The notes: generated by a model not told the origin, from the sequence alone. Positions 1-11,358 are shown, counted from the first letter of the stretch. The stretch is 64,000 nucleotides of DNA from Rhodocyclaceae bacterium (GCA_004379165.1 NKXK01000031.1:215-64214); one strand, 5' to 3'. A program made the numbers and translations.

Positions 1-751
1 GTACCTCCCGCGCCGCTTGCCCCTGACCTGCGGCTATCATGAATTCGACCTCGCCCAAAGGCACACCGGCAAGAATACGTGCCCACAATTTGCCGCCGTC
101 CGGCAAACAACGGTTGTGTTGCGAGCGGATCAGCCAGTCAGCCGGCGTGCCCAGGTGGTGCGCGCACTGCATCAATTCGAGGATGTCGGCTTCCCGGTCG
201 GCGACATAGACGAGGCGGGTGCCAGGCATTTCCTGGGCGGTCTCGGCAATCCGTTGATAGCCTTCGATCCAGCGTCGGCTTTCGAGAATACCGGGGCGGT
301 GGCCATCCTCTCCCTTGGCTTCCCGAGCCCACATCCAGGCATCCGTCACGCCGAGCGGCTCGCGATCCGGCGTCACCACATACGTCGGGTGCAGGTACAT
401 GCCGCGCTGGGCTTCGTGGGACAGTGGCCCAAGGCCGGCCATCGCCTGCCCATTGAAATCCAGCTCTGTCGTGTCTTGCAGGCACAGGACCACCGGATGC
501 TGGCGCATCCGGGCTTCGGTACAGGCCATATGCGGCGCCAGAATGGCCTGCCAGCCCAGCGCCCGTTTCTGGTCGCTCGACTGCTCGAAAAAACGATACG
601 CCGCCTGCGTTTCCGACCAATCACCACACGCCCCGGGAATGCTGGCCGTCGGCTTGTCGGCAAACCGTGTGGCCAACTTCACCAGCCGTTGATTCAGACG
701 TTCGTCACCCAATGCAGCTCCGGCAAACTCTTCCATCGCCCACGCCTCCAT
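1..751 (-). CDS. IS4-family (Tn5/IS50-like) DDE transposase, N-terminal ~250 aa; C-terminus lies beyond the left window edge
   Basis: Absent from the ORF track because it has no stop inside the window. Reverse-strand translation from the ATG at 751 gives MEAWAMEEFAGAALGDERLNQRLVKLATRFADKPTASIPGACGDWSETQAAYRFFEQ..VVLCLQDTTELDF..LVYVADREADILELM. This shows a Tn5-type N-terminal DNA-binding region plus the first two acidic motifs (DTT, DREAD) of the DDE triad. An in-frame ATG at 838 is an alternative start. The 17..889 plus-strand ORF is its antisense shadow. Confidence 0.85.
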   Translation of the reverse strand, partial: MEAWAMEEFAGAALGDERLNQRLVKLATRFADKPTASIPGACGDWSETQAAYRFFEQSSDQKRALGWQAILAPHMACTEARMRQHPVVLCLQDTTELDFNGQAMAGLGPLSHEAQRGMYLHPTYVVTPDREPLGVTDAWMWAREAKGEDGHRPGILESRRWIEGYQRIAETAQEMPGTRLVYVADREADILELMQCAHHLGTPADWLIRSQHNRCLPDGGKLWARILAGVPLGEVEFMIAAGQGQAAREV

Positions 752-846
752 CGTTGTCTTCCCATAGAAAAGACAATCCGAAAGCAACGGGTGTACCAGA
801 TTGATGCGGTCAACCAAAAAACCGGCAGGAAAAATCATGGCGTCAG
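1..846 (-). mobile_element. Right-hand part of an IS4-family insertion sequence; outer boundary tentative
   Basis: Contains the transposase 5' end. Read on the minus strand, 846 downward is CTGACGCCATGATTTTTCC, which shares the CTGAC start of the IS50 end sequences. It lies 95 nt upstream of the 751 ATG, similar to the IS50 layout as I remember it. Only 5 nt match, so the boundary is weak. The other IS end is outside the window. Confidence 0.4.
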
Positions 847-1036
847 ACTATGCGAAATGAGTTGTGTGGAACGGCATGCTCTGACATGACCACCTGATTT
901 TCAAAACTTTTCCGGGTTCACCACAGCAGCCATGCGGCAGCGCAGTATGAGCGCCACACCAGCCCTTGGAAAAAGCGCGGTGTTGCGCCCGGAACACGGG
1001 CAGGCGATTTCTTGCTGCTGCGCAACATTTTCCGGC

Positions 1037-1063
1037 TTGACATCAGCTTACGCGTGCTAAAGT
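1037..1063 (+). promoter_or_regulatory. Candidate sigma-70 promoter upstream of frdC (TTGACA-N15-TAAAGT)
   Basis: Perfect -35 hexamer TTGACA at 1037-1042 and a 4/6 -10-like TAAAGT at 1058-1063. The 15-nt spacer is suboptimal. It sits about 130 nt upstream of the frdC ATG. Confidence 0.3.
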
Positions 1064-1190
1064 TAGGCCATAACAAGAGGTGGAGACGACAAGCCGTATC
1101 GGTGCGACCGATCAGGTGACGCGTCTGCAACGCCTGACCAAACCGCAACTGCACGGAACAGCCACAAATTGCAGTTAAGGAAGCAGCCCC

Positions 1191-2057
1191 ATGACACGAT
1201 TGATCAACAATGAAGATGGCAGCGACCTGATGGTCAGCGATGCCGCCGGGCAGATTGCCCTCCCCGCCCCCACGCTGGCGCCCGTCGCCGTACCCGAAGT
1301 AGGCACCGGCAAACCCGCCCGCCATGGCAAGAGCCGCTGGCCGGCGCGTCTGGACCTGCTGCAGAGCGCCACCGGACTGTTTCTCGCGCTGTTTTTGATG
1401 GCGCACATGTTTTTCGTGTCGTCCATCCTGATCAGCCACGATGCCTTCTACTACGTTGCCCGCTTTTTCGAGGGCGAGTTCTTCCTCGGCAAGCCGTATC
1501 CGATTCTGGTGTCGGGCGTCGTTGCGCTGATTCTCACGATCTTCGTTGCCCATGCCTGGCTGGCGATGCGCAAGTTCCCGGCCGGCTATCGGCAGTACCG
1601 GGCGTTCGTTGCCCACAAGAACAACCTGCGCCATGGCGATACCTCACTGTGGTGGCTGCAGATCTGGACCGGCTTTGCGCTGTTCTTCATGGCCACCATC
1701 CACCTTTACGACATGCTGACGCAGCCGGCGCTGATCGGGCCGTATGAGTCCGCCGACCGCGTTTGGACCGGCAACATGTGGCCGCTCTACCTCATGCTGT
1801 TGCTGGCGGCCGAACTGCACGCCAGCATCGGCCTCTACCGGCTGGCCATCAAGTGGGGCTGGTTCGACAGCGCCAAGCCGAATCTGAGCCGGCGCCGCCT
1901 GCGCTGGGCCAAGCACGGTATCAGCGCGTTTTACATCACACTGGGTCTGGTCACGCTGGCCGCCTATGTCGACCTCGGCCGCGCCCATGTCGACAAGGCT
2001 GGCGAACGCTATGTGCCAACCCACCTGAGCGCCCCCGCCGCGACCGGAAAGCACTGA
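1191..2057 (+). CDS. frdC: Fumarate reductase dihaem cytochrome b subunit (type B, Wolinella/Campylobacter-like FrdC)
   Basis: 288 aa with five predicted TM helices. Collinear with W. succinogenes FrdC as I recall it: [81 protein letters not shown]. The four haem-ligand His and the Glu before the last His are present. An AAGGAA SD lies 8 nt upstream. Confidence 0.9.
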   Translation: MTRLINNEDGSDLMVSDAAGQIALPAPTLAPVAVPEVGTGKPARHGKSRWPARLDLLQSATGLFLALFLMAHMFFVSSILISHDAFYYVARFFEGEFFLGKPYPILVSGVVALILTIFVAHAWLAMRKFPAGYRQYRAFVAHKNNLRHGDTSLWWLQIWTGFALFFMATIHLYDMLTQPALIGPYESADRVWTGNMWPLYLMLLLAAELHASIGLYRLAIKWGWFDSAKPNLSRRRLRWAKHGISAFYITLGLVTLAAYVDLGRAHVDKAGERYVPTHLSAPAATGKH

Positions 2058-2058
2058 C

Positions 2059-4059
2059 ATGCAGGTGATTCATACCGACGTGCTCGTCATTGGTGGCGGG
2101 CTGGCCGGCCTGCGCGCCGGTCTCGCTGCCCGAAAGCGCGGCCAGCAGGTGATCGTGCTCAGCCTCGTCCCGCCCAAGCGCTCGCACTCCGCTGCCGCAC
2201 AGGGCGGCATGCAGGCCAGCCTGGGCAATACGCTCAAGGGCGCCGGCGACAACGAGGACGTGCATTTTGGCGATACCGTGCGCGGCAGCGACTGGGGCAA
2301 CGACCAGACGGTCGCCCGGATGTTCGTGCATACCGCGCCCAAGGCCGTGCGCGAGCTGGCTGCCTGGGGCGTGCCTTGGAACCGTGTTGAAGCTGGCGAG
2401 CGCGATGTCATCATCGACAGCCAGCGCGTGACGCTGAGCGAGCCGGCGGCGGCACAGGGGCTGATTACCGCCCGCGATTTCGGCGGCACCAAGAAATGGC
2501 GAACCTGCTTCGTCTCTGACGGCACCGGCCACGCCATGCTTTACGCCGTCAGCGACCGGACGATTGCCGAAAACATCCCGGTGCATGAGCGGATGGAAGC
2601 GGTATCGCTGATCCATGACGGCGAACGCTGCTACGGCGCCATCGTCCGCAACCTGATCGACGGCAAGCTGCTGGCCTATGTCGCCCGCGCCACCTGCATC
2701 GCCACCGGCGGTTTTGGCCGGATTTACCGGTCGACCACGAACGCGGTGATCAACGAAGGCATCGGCGCCGCGATTGCGCTGGAAACCGGCATCGTGCCGC
2801 TGGGCAACATGGAGGCGGTGCAGTTTCACCCGACCGCCATCTTCCCCGCCGGCATTCTGGTGACCGAGGGCTGCCGCGGCGACGGCGGCCTGCTGCGCGA
2901 TGTGGACGGCCACCGTTTCATGCCAGACTACGAGCCGGAAAAGAAGGAACTGGCCTCACGCGACGTGGTGTCGCGGCGCATGGAGGCGCACATCCGCGCC
3001 GGCAAGGGCGCCCGCAACCGCTTTGGCGAGCATCTCTGGCTGGACATCACGCTGCTCGGCGAAGCGCACATCAACGGCAAGCTGCGCGAAGTGAAGGAAA
3101 TCTGCCAGCACTTCCTCGGTATCGACCCGGCCAAGCAATGGATTCCGGTGCGCCCGGCGCAGCATTACTCAATGGGCGGCATCCGCACCGATGCCCACGG
3201 CCAGGCCTACGGGCTGCGCGGCCTGTTTGCCTGCGGCGAGGCGGCCTGCTGGGATCTGCACGGCTTCAACCGGCTGGGGGGCAATTCAGTTGCCGAAACT
3301 GTCGTCGCCGGGATGATTGTCGGCGAGGCCATCGCCGATTTCTGCGCCTCGCCGGAAGGCGAAATGCACGTCTCGACGGCGCTAGTGCGCGAGTGCTACG
3401 ACCGCGAGGTGGCGGCCTTCTCGAAGCTGGCCGGCGCCCGAGGCGGCGAGGATGCGGGCACCCTGCTGCGCACCATGCAGGAAACGATGACTGAATACGT
3501 CGGCATCGTCCGCACCGGCGAGGGCCTGACGACAGCGGTTGAAACGCTCAAATCGCTGCTCCTGCGCAGCCACCACATCGGCCTGCGCCACTCCGCGCCC
3601 GGCGCCAACCCGGAACTGGTGACCGCCTGGCGGACGCAGAAGATGCTCAAGCTGGCGCTCTGTGTTGCCTACGGCGCGCTGCAACGCAGCGAAAGCCGTG
3701 GCGCGCACTACCGCGAGGATTACCCGCGCCGCGACGACGCCACCTGGCTGAAGCGCACCCTCGCCTACTGGCGCGACCCGGAACAACGGATTCCGACGCT
3801 GGAATACGAGGCGCTCGACGTGCGGCGCATGGAACTGCCGCCCGGCTGGCGCGGCTACGGCACGCGGGACGCCATCGACCACCCCGACACCGCCCGGCGA
3901 CAGGCCGAGGTGGACGCCCTGCGCGCGCAGACCGGCGACCGCCACGCGCTGCAACAGTCGCTGATGCCCTTCCGCCACCTGCTGCCCGAACACCTGCGCG
4001 GGGACAATGCCCGCCTGGCGCCAGCCGACACCGCACAACCCAACGAAGCCAAGCAATGA
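2059..4059 (+). CDS. frdA: Fumarate reductase / succinate dehydrogenase flavoprotein subunit
   Basis: 666 aa. Motifs: [11 protein letters not shown] dinucleotide fold, [14 protein letters not shown] covalent-FAD His motif, [17 protein letters not shown]. Starts 1 nt after the frdC stop. Confidence 0.95.
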   Translation: MQVIHTDVLVIGGGLAGLRAGLAARKRGQQVIVLSLVPPKRSHSAAAQGGMQASLGNTLKGAGDNEDVHFGDTVRGSDWGNDQTVARMFVHTAPKAVRELAAWGVPWNRVEAGERDVIIDSQRVTLSEPAAAQGLITARDFGGTKKWRTCFVSDGTGHAMLYAVSDRTIAENIPVHERMEAVSLIHDGERCYGAIVRNLIDGKLLAYVARATCIATGGFGRIYRSTTNAVINEGIGAAIALETGIVPLGNMEAVQFHPTAIFPAGILVTEGCRGDGGLLRDVDGHRFMPDYEPEKKELASRDVVSRRMEAHIRAGKGARNRFGEHLWLDITLLGEAHINGKLREVKEICQHFLGIDPAKQWIPVRPAQHYSMGGIRTDAHGQAYGLRGLFACGEAACWDLHGFNRLGGNSVAETVVAGMIVGEAIADFCASPEGEMHVSTALVRECYDREVAAFSKLAGARGGEDAGTLLRTMQETMTEYVGIVRTGEGLTTAVETLKSLLLRSHHIGLRHSAPGANPELVTAWRTQKMLKLALCVAYGALQRSESRGAHYREDYPRRDDATWLKRTLAYWRDPEQRIPTLEYEALDVRRMELPPGWRGYGTRDAIDHPDTARRQAEVDALRAQTGDRHALQQSLMPFRHLLPEHLRGDNARLAPADTAQPNEAKQ

Positions 4060-4820
4060 TCTCCATCCTGCGCCGCCGCCCCAAACCCGGCACACCGCGC
4101 CGCATTACGCTGCGCATCCTCCGTCACAATCCGGCCGATCCGGCGAGCACGCCGCACCAGCAGGATTTTCTCGTCGACGAGGCCGAGGGCATGACGCTGT
4201 TCATCGCTCTTAACGAAATCCGCGCCACGCAGGACCCGTCGCTGCAGTTCGATTTCGTCTGCCGCGCCGGCATCTGCGGCAGTTGCGCCATGCTCATCAA
4301 CGGCCGCCCCAGCCTGGCCTGCCGGACGCTGACGCAGGATCTCGGCGACGTGATCACCCTCGCGCCGCTGCCGTTCTTCGAACTGATCGGAGACCTGTCG
4401 GTGAATACCGGCAAATGGATGCGCGGAACAAGCGAGCGCCTGCAGACCTGGGTGCATAACGACGCACCGGTCGATCTCGACGCCCTCGAAGCGCCGATGG
4501 CACCGGCCGATGCCGAGGCCATCTACGAACTCGACCGCTGCATCGAGTGCGGCTGCTGCGTCGCCGGCTGCGGCACGGCGCAGATGCGCGAACGTTTTGT
4601 CGGCGCCATCGGCCTCAACAAGATCGCCCGGTTCCGCATCGACCCGCGCGACACGCGCAGCGACGAGGACTTCTACGAGTTGGTCGGCGACGACGACGGG
4701 GTCTTCGGCTGCATGTCGCTGCTTGGCTGCCACGATGTCTGCCCCAAGCAACTGCCCCTGCAGACCCAGATCGCCTTCTTGCGCCGCAAGCTGGCGATAG
4801 TCGGCCTTCGCGGCGACTGA
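4056..4820 (+). CDS. frdB: Fumarate reductase iron-sulfur subunit
   Basis: 254 aa. Cys clusters: [21 protein letters not shown] (2Fe-2S), [11 protein letters not shown] (4Fe-4S), CHDVCP (3Fe-4S). ATGA overlap with the frdA stop. About 13 aa of N-terminal extension relative to Wolinella FrdB as I recall it. Confidence 0.95.
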   Translation: MISILRRRPKPGTPRRITLRILRHNPADPASTPHQQDFLVDEAEGMTLFIALNEIRATQDPSLQFDFVCRAGICGSCAMLINGRPSLACRTLTQDLGDVITLAPLPFFELIGDLSVNTGKWMRGTSERLQTWVHNDAPVDLDALEAPMAPADAEAIYELDRCIECGCCVAGCGTAQMRERFVGAIGLNKIARFRIDPRDTRSDEDFYELVGDDDGVFGCMSLLGCHDVCPKQLPLQTQIAFLRRKLAIVGLRGD

Positions 4821-4826
4821 GCTTGC

Positions 4827-5441
4827 TCAGGTGCCGAGGTAGCGGCCCTGTTTGTGGTTGACCGCCAGCACCAGATTCAGCGCCAGCGCGCCAACAACTG
4901 ACAGGCCGACACTCAGCGGATCGCGGATGAACAGGCTGGCGCCGAGGATGGCGACATCAAGTGCCATCTGCACCTTGCCCGCCCGCCAGCCACGGGTGTT
5001 CTGCAGGTACAGCGCCATGACACCGAGACCGCCGAGGCTGGCCTTGTGGCGGATGATCATCAATAGCCCGACGCCGATCAGGAAGCCGCCCATGACCGCG
5101 GCGAACAACCGGTCGACCGACTGGATGGCAATGACCTGCGGCAGCAGCGCCGTATAGCCCGAGAGCAAGGCGACGCTGATGAAGGTCTTGGCTGTAAACA
5201 CCCCACCCATCGCCCGCCACGCGAAAACATAAAACGGCAGCTTCAGGCCAAAGACGACCCAGCCCATGCTCCAGCCGGTCAGGTAATGCACAAGAAAGGC
5301 CAGACCGACAGTCCCGCCGGTCAGCAGCCCCGCCTGCTGGAACAAGAGCACGACAAAGGCGACAAACATTGGCGCCACGAGTAGCGCCTGCGCGTCTTCG
5401 AACAGGCTGTGGCGTGTGACGGTTTCGGGAACGTGGCTCAT
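4827..5441 (-). CDS. YitT-family integral membrane protein (membrane domain only)
   Basis: 204 aa and very hydrophobic (LLTGGTVGLAFLVHYLTGW, GGFLIGVGLLMIIRHKASLGGLGVMAL), typical of the YitT/DUF161 membrane core. ATGA overlap with the upstream 2H phosphoesterase gene. Confidence 0.75.
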   Translation of the reverse strand: MSHVPETVTRHSLFEDAQALLVAPMFVAFVVLLFQQAGLLTGGTVGLAFLVHYLTGWSMGWVVFGLKLPFYVFAWRAMGGVFTAKTFISVALLSGYTALLPQVIAIQSVDRLFAAVMGGFLIGVGLLMIIRHKASLGGLGVMALYLQNTRGWRAGKVQMALDVAILGASLFIRDPLSVGLSVVGALALNLVLAVNHKQGRYLGT

Positions 5442-6151
5442 GTCTGCTTCGGGTGAATCATCGTAGTGAAGGCGGGCAGCAGCGCCTCGCCATCGGGGGG
5501 CCAGTGCATCTGGCGCGACGTCAGGTCAAAGCGGCCTAGCCGGATCAGCGCACCACCGATCACCGATGGCGCATAGCCAAGCAAGTCTGCATGGCCAACG
5601 GTCAACGCCAATTCGTCGCCCGTCGGGCAGGCGGCTATCCGTTCGGCAACGGCGGGCAGGGGCCAGGCATCGCGATACAAACCGACCGTGACATGCGGCA
5701 CGTAGTCGCCGAACAGCCGGTGGCGGCCGTTTTCTGCCAGGCACTGACGTAGACAGGCAATGCCACGGTCAACGTCAAAAACCTTCAGAAATGGGGCCGA
5801 TGTGAAGCTATCCAGGCCGCCGATGCGAATGGAAAATGGCGCCGGCGCAGCAGCTACCAGTAGCCCAAGCTGAGCGTCGATCAGCGCCGGCGTGAACGAC
5901 TCATCATCCGCCGACCGGTCAGCCGGGAAACCGCATACATCGAGCGTGACATGCGGCTCGCGCACATAGCCGTCAAGCAGCAAACCGTCCAGCCAGGATG
6001 CCGCCCGCGCCAGCTGCCCAGCCAGCGCCGGACTATCGAGCAACAGCCCCCAGAAAACATAGGGCGCCCGCCCGCGATGCCACTCGACAAAATCCCGAAC
6101 CTCGTTGCGCACTGTGTGCGTCCCGTGAAACCACGGGCCAGGGCGACTCAC
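5438..6151 (-). CDS. 2H phosphoesterase superfamily protein (LigT / 2'-5' RNA ligase-like)
   Basis: 237 aa with two H-x-T motifs at the expected spacing (EPHVTLDVCG and VPHVTVGLY). The GTG start forms a GTGA overlap with the upstream ThrE-like stop. No internal ATG alternative near the N-terminus. Confidence 0.7.
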   Translation of the reverse strand: MSRPGPWFHGTHTVRNEVRDFVEWHRGRAPYVFWGLLLDSPALAGQLARAASWLDGLLLDGYVREPHVTLDVCGFPADRSADDESFTPALIDAQLGLLVAAAPAPFSIRIGGLDSFTSAPFLKVFDVDRGIACLRQCLAENGRHRLFGDYVPHVTVGLYRDAWPLPAVAERIAACPTGDELALTVGHADLLGYAPSVIGGALIRLGRFDLTSRQMHWPPDGEALLPAFTTMIHPKQT

Positions 6152-7404
6152 GTGTTGCGCTCCGAAACAGTCGCATCGGTGCGTCGCGAAAACAGCAGCG
6201 GCCAGATGTTGTCCGCCAGCAGCAGGCCGACGGCCAGCACGGCGCCGGTCAGCAGCATTTCGGTCATCAGCTGGATGCCGGCGACGTTGTCCTGCTGCAT
6301 CAGCGCATGGATACCGCGAAAGCCCATGCTCCCCGGCACCAGGGTGATCAATCCGGGGATCTGCACCAGCGCCGCCGGTTGCCGGCTCAGCTGCTGGTAG
6401 ATCTGGCCAGCACTGGCCACTGACAGCGCGGCGATGAAGGCGGCGACGACATTGCCTACCCGGTCGTCAAGCACTGAAAACACCGCCCAGGCCATCAGGC
6501 AGGCGCCCACCGAGACATGCACCGTGCGCCACGGCGCCTGCAGCACGGCCAGCAGAGATACGCCCAGCGCTGCGATGGCAAGCCAGATCACCCACGGCGC
6601 CACCGGCAGCGAGGCGCCCGGCGTCACTGCCGGCAACCAGGCCTGCGCCGCCTGCGACCCGATCGCCAACCCGGCGCCCATCAGGAACAGCAGCACAAAA
6701 GCACCCGTCAGGCGGCCGGTGCCAGCGAGATAGTTCTGGGTGGCCAGTTCGGACATGGCGACCGTCAACATGAACCCGGGCAGCAAAAAGACGATCCCGG
6801 CCACCGCCGAAATGAAAGGCAGTTGCTGCGGCAAGGCCAGGGCCAGCACATGCGCCAGCATCGCCGCCAGGGCGCAGAGAATGACCGGCGCCGCCGGCGC
6901 CAGCCGTGGCACGCGGGCGAAGCCCAGTGCGGCCGCGACGAAGAGCATGCCGATCAGTCCGCCACAGAGCATTTCGACCCAGCCACCGCGCAGCAGCAAG
7001 GCCACGGCAGCAGAAAGCAGGAAGCCCATGGCGGCAAACGCCGCCCCCGACCATGGCGTCGGCTGGGCCATGATCGCCGCCAGACGCTGGCGGTAACCGG
7101 CGATCTCCGCCGCCGCATTGATTTCCCGACACAGCGCCTGCAGTTCGATCAGACGCGCCATGTTGAAATCGTAGGCCGGCAGACGCAGCAACTCGACCCG
7201 CCGCGACTGCACGCCGTCGCTCACCGTCAGCGCGAGAAAGGTCAGCACCGCGAAGCCTTCGACCGTCACACCAAGCCGCGCCCCCGCATCCGTCAGACTG
7301 CGCTCCAGATCATGCGCCGGCGCCCCGCTGACATGGAGCGCCCGGCCAAGGTCGCGCAGAAATGTGGCCACCTCGGCCAGGGATTGTTCGGTAGCTGGAG
7401 ACAT
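6148..7404 (-). CDS. Threonine/serine exporter (ThrE) family membrane protein, fused DUF1212 + DUF3815 (YjjP + YjjB-like)
   Basis: The N-terminal soluble-like segment (LAEVATFLRDLGRALHVSGAPAHDLERSLTDAGARLGV) is followed by about 10 TM segments, the ThrE family architecture. The ORF track starts at 7512. I prefer the ATG at 7404 (MSPATEQ) because the extra 36 aa are Cys-rich and atypical. The start is uncertain. Confidence 0.8.
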   Translation of the reverse strand: MSPATEQSLAEVATFLRDLGRALHVSGAPAHDLERSLTDAGARLGVTVEGFAVLTFLALTVSDGVQSRRVELLRLPAYDFNMARLIELQALCREINAAAEIAGYRQRLAAIMAQPTPWSGAAFAAMGFLLSAAVALLLRGGWVEMLCGGLIGMLFVAAALGFARVPRLAPAAPVILCALAAMLAHVLALALPQQLPFISAVAGIVFLLPGFMLTVAMSELATQNYLAGTGRLTGAFVLLFLMGAGLAIGSQAAQAWLPAVTPGASLPVAPWVIWLAIAALGVSLLAVLQAPWRTVHVSVGACLMAWAVFSVLDDRVGNVVAAFIAALSVASAGQIYQQLSRQPAALVQIPGLITLVPGSMGFRGIHALMQQDNVAGIQLMTEMLLTGAVLAVGLLLADNIWPLLFSRRTDATVSERNT

Positions 7405-7529
7405 CTGGCAACAAGAAGCACATGCGGGGGCGCTCACTCTACTCCAACCCACGCACGCCGCGAAGCCGATCGCCACACACAGCCCGAACATGCTACAAAG
7501 CGGCTTTGCCACCCGAACACGAAGCCAAC

Positions 7530-7940
7530 ATGATCCTGAATACTCCGAGCATCATTCTCGCCGGCCTGCTGGCCGTCACCGCCAACATCAGCCACGCTGC
7601 TAGCCCCGAACGCTCCGCCAGCGGCCTCGCCTATGAGTCGCTCAAGGACGGCAGCGGCGAACAGCCGACCGCCCAGTCCAGCGTCCAGGTGCACTACCGC
7701 GGCACGCTGGCCAACGGCAGCGAGTTCGACAGCTCCTACAAGCGCGGCCAGCCGGCGACTTTCCCGCTCAACCGTGTCATTCCCTGCTGGACCGAAGGCG
7801 TCGCCAAAATGCGCGAAGGCGGCAAGGCCAAACTGACCTGCCCGCCGGAAATCGCCTACGGCAGCCGCGGCGCCGGATCGGCCGTGCCACCGAACGCGAC
7901 CCTGACTTTCGAGGTGGAACTGCTCAAGGTCATGCGCTGA
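7530..7940 (+). CDS. FKBP-type peptidyl-prolyl cis-trans isomerase with signal peptide (periplasmic)
   Basis: Signal peptide MILNTPSIILAGLLAVTANISHA, then the FKBP core VQVHYRGTLANGSEFDSSYKRGQPATFPLNRVIPCWTEGV..GGKAKLTCPPEIAYGSRG..IPPNATLTFEVELL. The ATG at 7530 is preferred over the 7422 ORF-track start. Confidence 0.9.
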   Translation: MILNTPSIILAGLLAVTANISHAASPERSASGLAYESLKDGSGEQPTAQSSVQVHYRGTLANGSEFDSSYKRGQPATFPLNRVIPCWTEGVAKMREGGKAKLTCPPEIAYGSRGAGSAVPPNATLTFEVELLKVMR

Positions 7941-7954
7941 GTTTGCTGCAGCGA

Positions 7955-7994
7955 TGAAGAAGGCCGGGAGCGATCCCGGCCTTCTTCATTTTGG
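7955..7994. terminator. Rho-independent terminator between convergent FKBP gene and ppsA
   Basis: Perfect 16-bp stem (ATGAAGAAGGCCGGGA / TCCCGGCCTTCTTCAT) with GCGA loop, followed by a T-run on the plus strand. Confidence 0.75.
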
Positions 7995-8038
7995 GCTGTT
8001 TTCCGGGTCGACCGTAGCCAACCCGGATTACCCGTGCA

Positions 8039-10414
<2,376 letters not shown>

Positions 10415-10462
10415 TGCTGTTTCCTTTCGGGGATGGATTGGGTAAATGCAGACGGATGTGAA

Positions 10463-11230
10463 TCAGGAAGACGAAAAATCGGTGTGCAGCCGGCGCTCGG
10501 CCGTCTCGCGCCGCGCGACGGAGCGCAGCGTCTGGGCCAGCGTTTCGCGGACGAAGTCGATATGGGTTTCCGCGGCCGAGCGGGCAGCTTGCGGCTTCCG
10601 TTCGCGGACGGCGTTGTAAATCGCGGCGTGCTGGCTCATCAGCAGCCGGCTGGCGGCCGGCACGCTCTTCAGCTCGCCGAGGTTGAGGCGGATGTTGTCG
10701 TGCATCATCCGTAGCAAGGCACCCGACAGGTGGCCGATCAGGACGTTGTGCGCGGCATCGCCGATGGCCTGGTGAAAGGCGATATCGGCCGCAGAGCGCT
10801 TTTCGGTATCGTCGGCTTCAAAAGCAGCGGTCAGCGTGGCGAAACTCTTTTCCAGCCGCTGCAGGTCGGCATCGGTGGCGCGCTCGGCGGCCCACTCAGC
10901 GGCCTGCCCTTCGAGCATGCGGCGGAATTCCAGCATGTCCTCACGCAGGTTGGGGTGGTTGCCCATCATGTCCTGCCAGGGGTCGGAAAAACTCGACTCC
11001 AGCGCATCGGTCACGTAAGTGCCGCCGCCCTGACGACTGTGCACCATGCCCTTCGAGGCCAGCTTCTGTATCGCCTCGCGCAGGCTCGGCCGGGAAACCC
11101 CCAGCTCGGCCGCCAGCTCGCGCTCCGGCGACAGGCGATCGCCCGGCTTCAGAGAGCCCTCGAGGATACGTCGCTCCAGCGTGGCAGCAACAGCGTCAGA
11201 AATTCGCGGAACCTGTACCTTGTTTGGCAT
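10463..11230 (-). CDS. GntR-family (FadR/FCD subfamily) transcriptional regulator, PdhR/LldR-like
   Basis: wHTH segment LKPGDRLSPERELAAELGVSRPSLREAIQKLASKGMV plus a C-terminal all-helical FCD-type domain. Divergent from lutA. Its intergenic region carries PdhR-type operators. The ATG at 11230 (MPNKVQ) is preferred over the 11263 ORF start. Confidence 0.9.
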   Translation of the reverse strand: MPNKVQVPRISDAVAATLERRILEGSLKPGDRLSPERELAAELGVSRPSLREAIQKLASKGMVHSRQGGGTYVTDALESSFSDPWQDMMGNHPNLREDMLEFRRMLEGQAAEWAAERATDADLQRLEKSFATLTAAFEADDTEKRSAADIAFHQAIGDAAHNVLIGHLSGALLRMMHDNIRLNLGELKSVPAASRLLMSQHAAIYNAVRERKPQAARSAAETHIDFVRETLAQTLRSVARRETAERRLHTDFSSS

Positions 11231-11241
11231 TGGTAAGACCA
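11229..11241. promoter_or_regulatory. PdhR/LldR-type operator, copy 1 (ATTGGTAAGACCA), overlapping the regulator start codon
   Basis: 13/13 match to the core of the E. coli PdhR box AATTGGTAAGACCAATT. Exact direct repeat of copy 2, 18 bp away. Confidence 0.6.
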
Positions 11242-11246
11242 CATTG

Positions 11247-11260
11247 ATTGGTAAGACCAA
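11247..11260. promoter_or_regulatory. PdhR/LldR-type operator, copy 2 (ATTGGTAAGACCAA)
   Basis: Palindromic ATTGGT-N3-ACCAA, 14/14 to the PdhR-box core. Confidence 0.7.
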
Positions 11261-11358
11261 CACATTTTAATGACCCGCCGCACAAAGCGCAAGCCTAGGG
11301 ATTTCCCTCAGCACATTGACTAAGTCGCGGTATTAACGTAAATTTTCATTTAACCAGC

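Noticed and set aside
17-889. 290-aa plus-strand ORF at the left edge (TTG start).
   Set aside because: It is the antisense shadow of the Tn5-like transposase, which gives an unmistakable translation on the minus strand. The plus-strand product is Arg/His/Gly-rich with no recognisable motifs.
881-900. Plus-strand CTGACATGACCACCTGATTT, considered as an alternative IS terminal repeat (CTGAC start as in IS50).
   Set aside because: It has the wrong orientation for the end of an element whose transposase reads leftward. A 5-nt match is expected by chance, and the other IS end is not available for comparison.
1012-1025. TTGCTGCTGCGCAA dyad, considered as an FNR box for anaerobic induction of frdCAB.
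   Set aside because: Only the outer TTG/CAA match the TTGAT-N4-ATCAA consensus. Its position relative to the candidate promoter (about -51) fits neither class I nor class II spacing well. I kept it only as a low-interest note.
918-1634. 238-aa minus-strand ORF overlapping the frdC 5' region.
   Set aside because: It is antisense to a well-supported frdC. The composition is Arg/Gly/Ala-rich, typical of an out-of-frame high-GC ORF, and there is no SD or motif.
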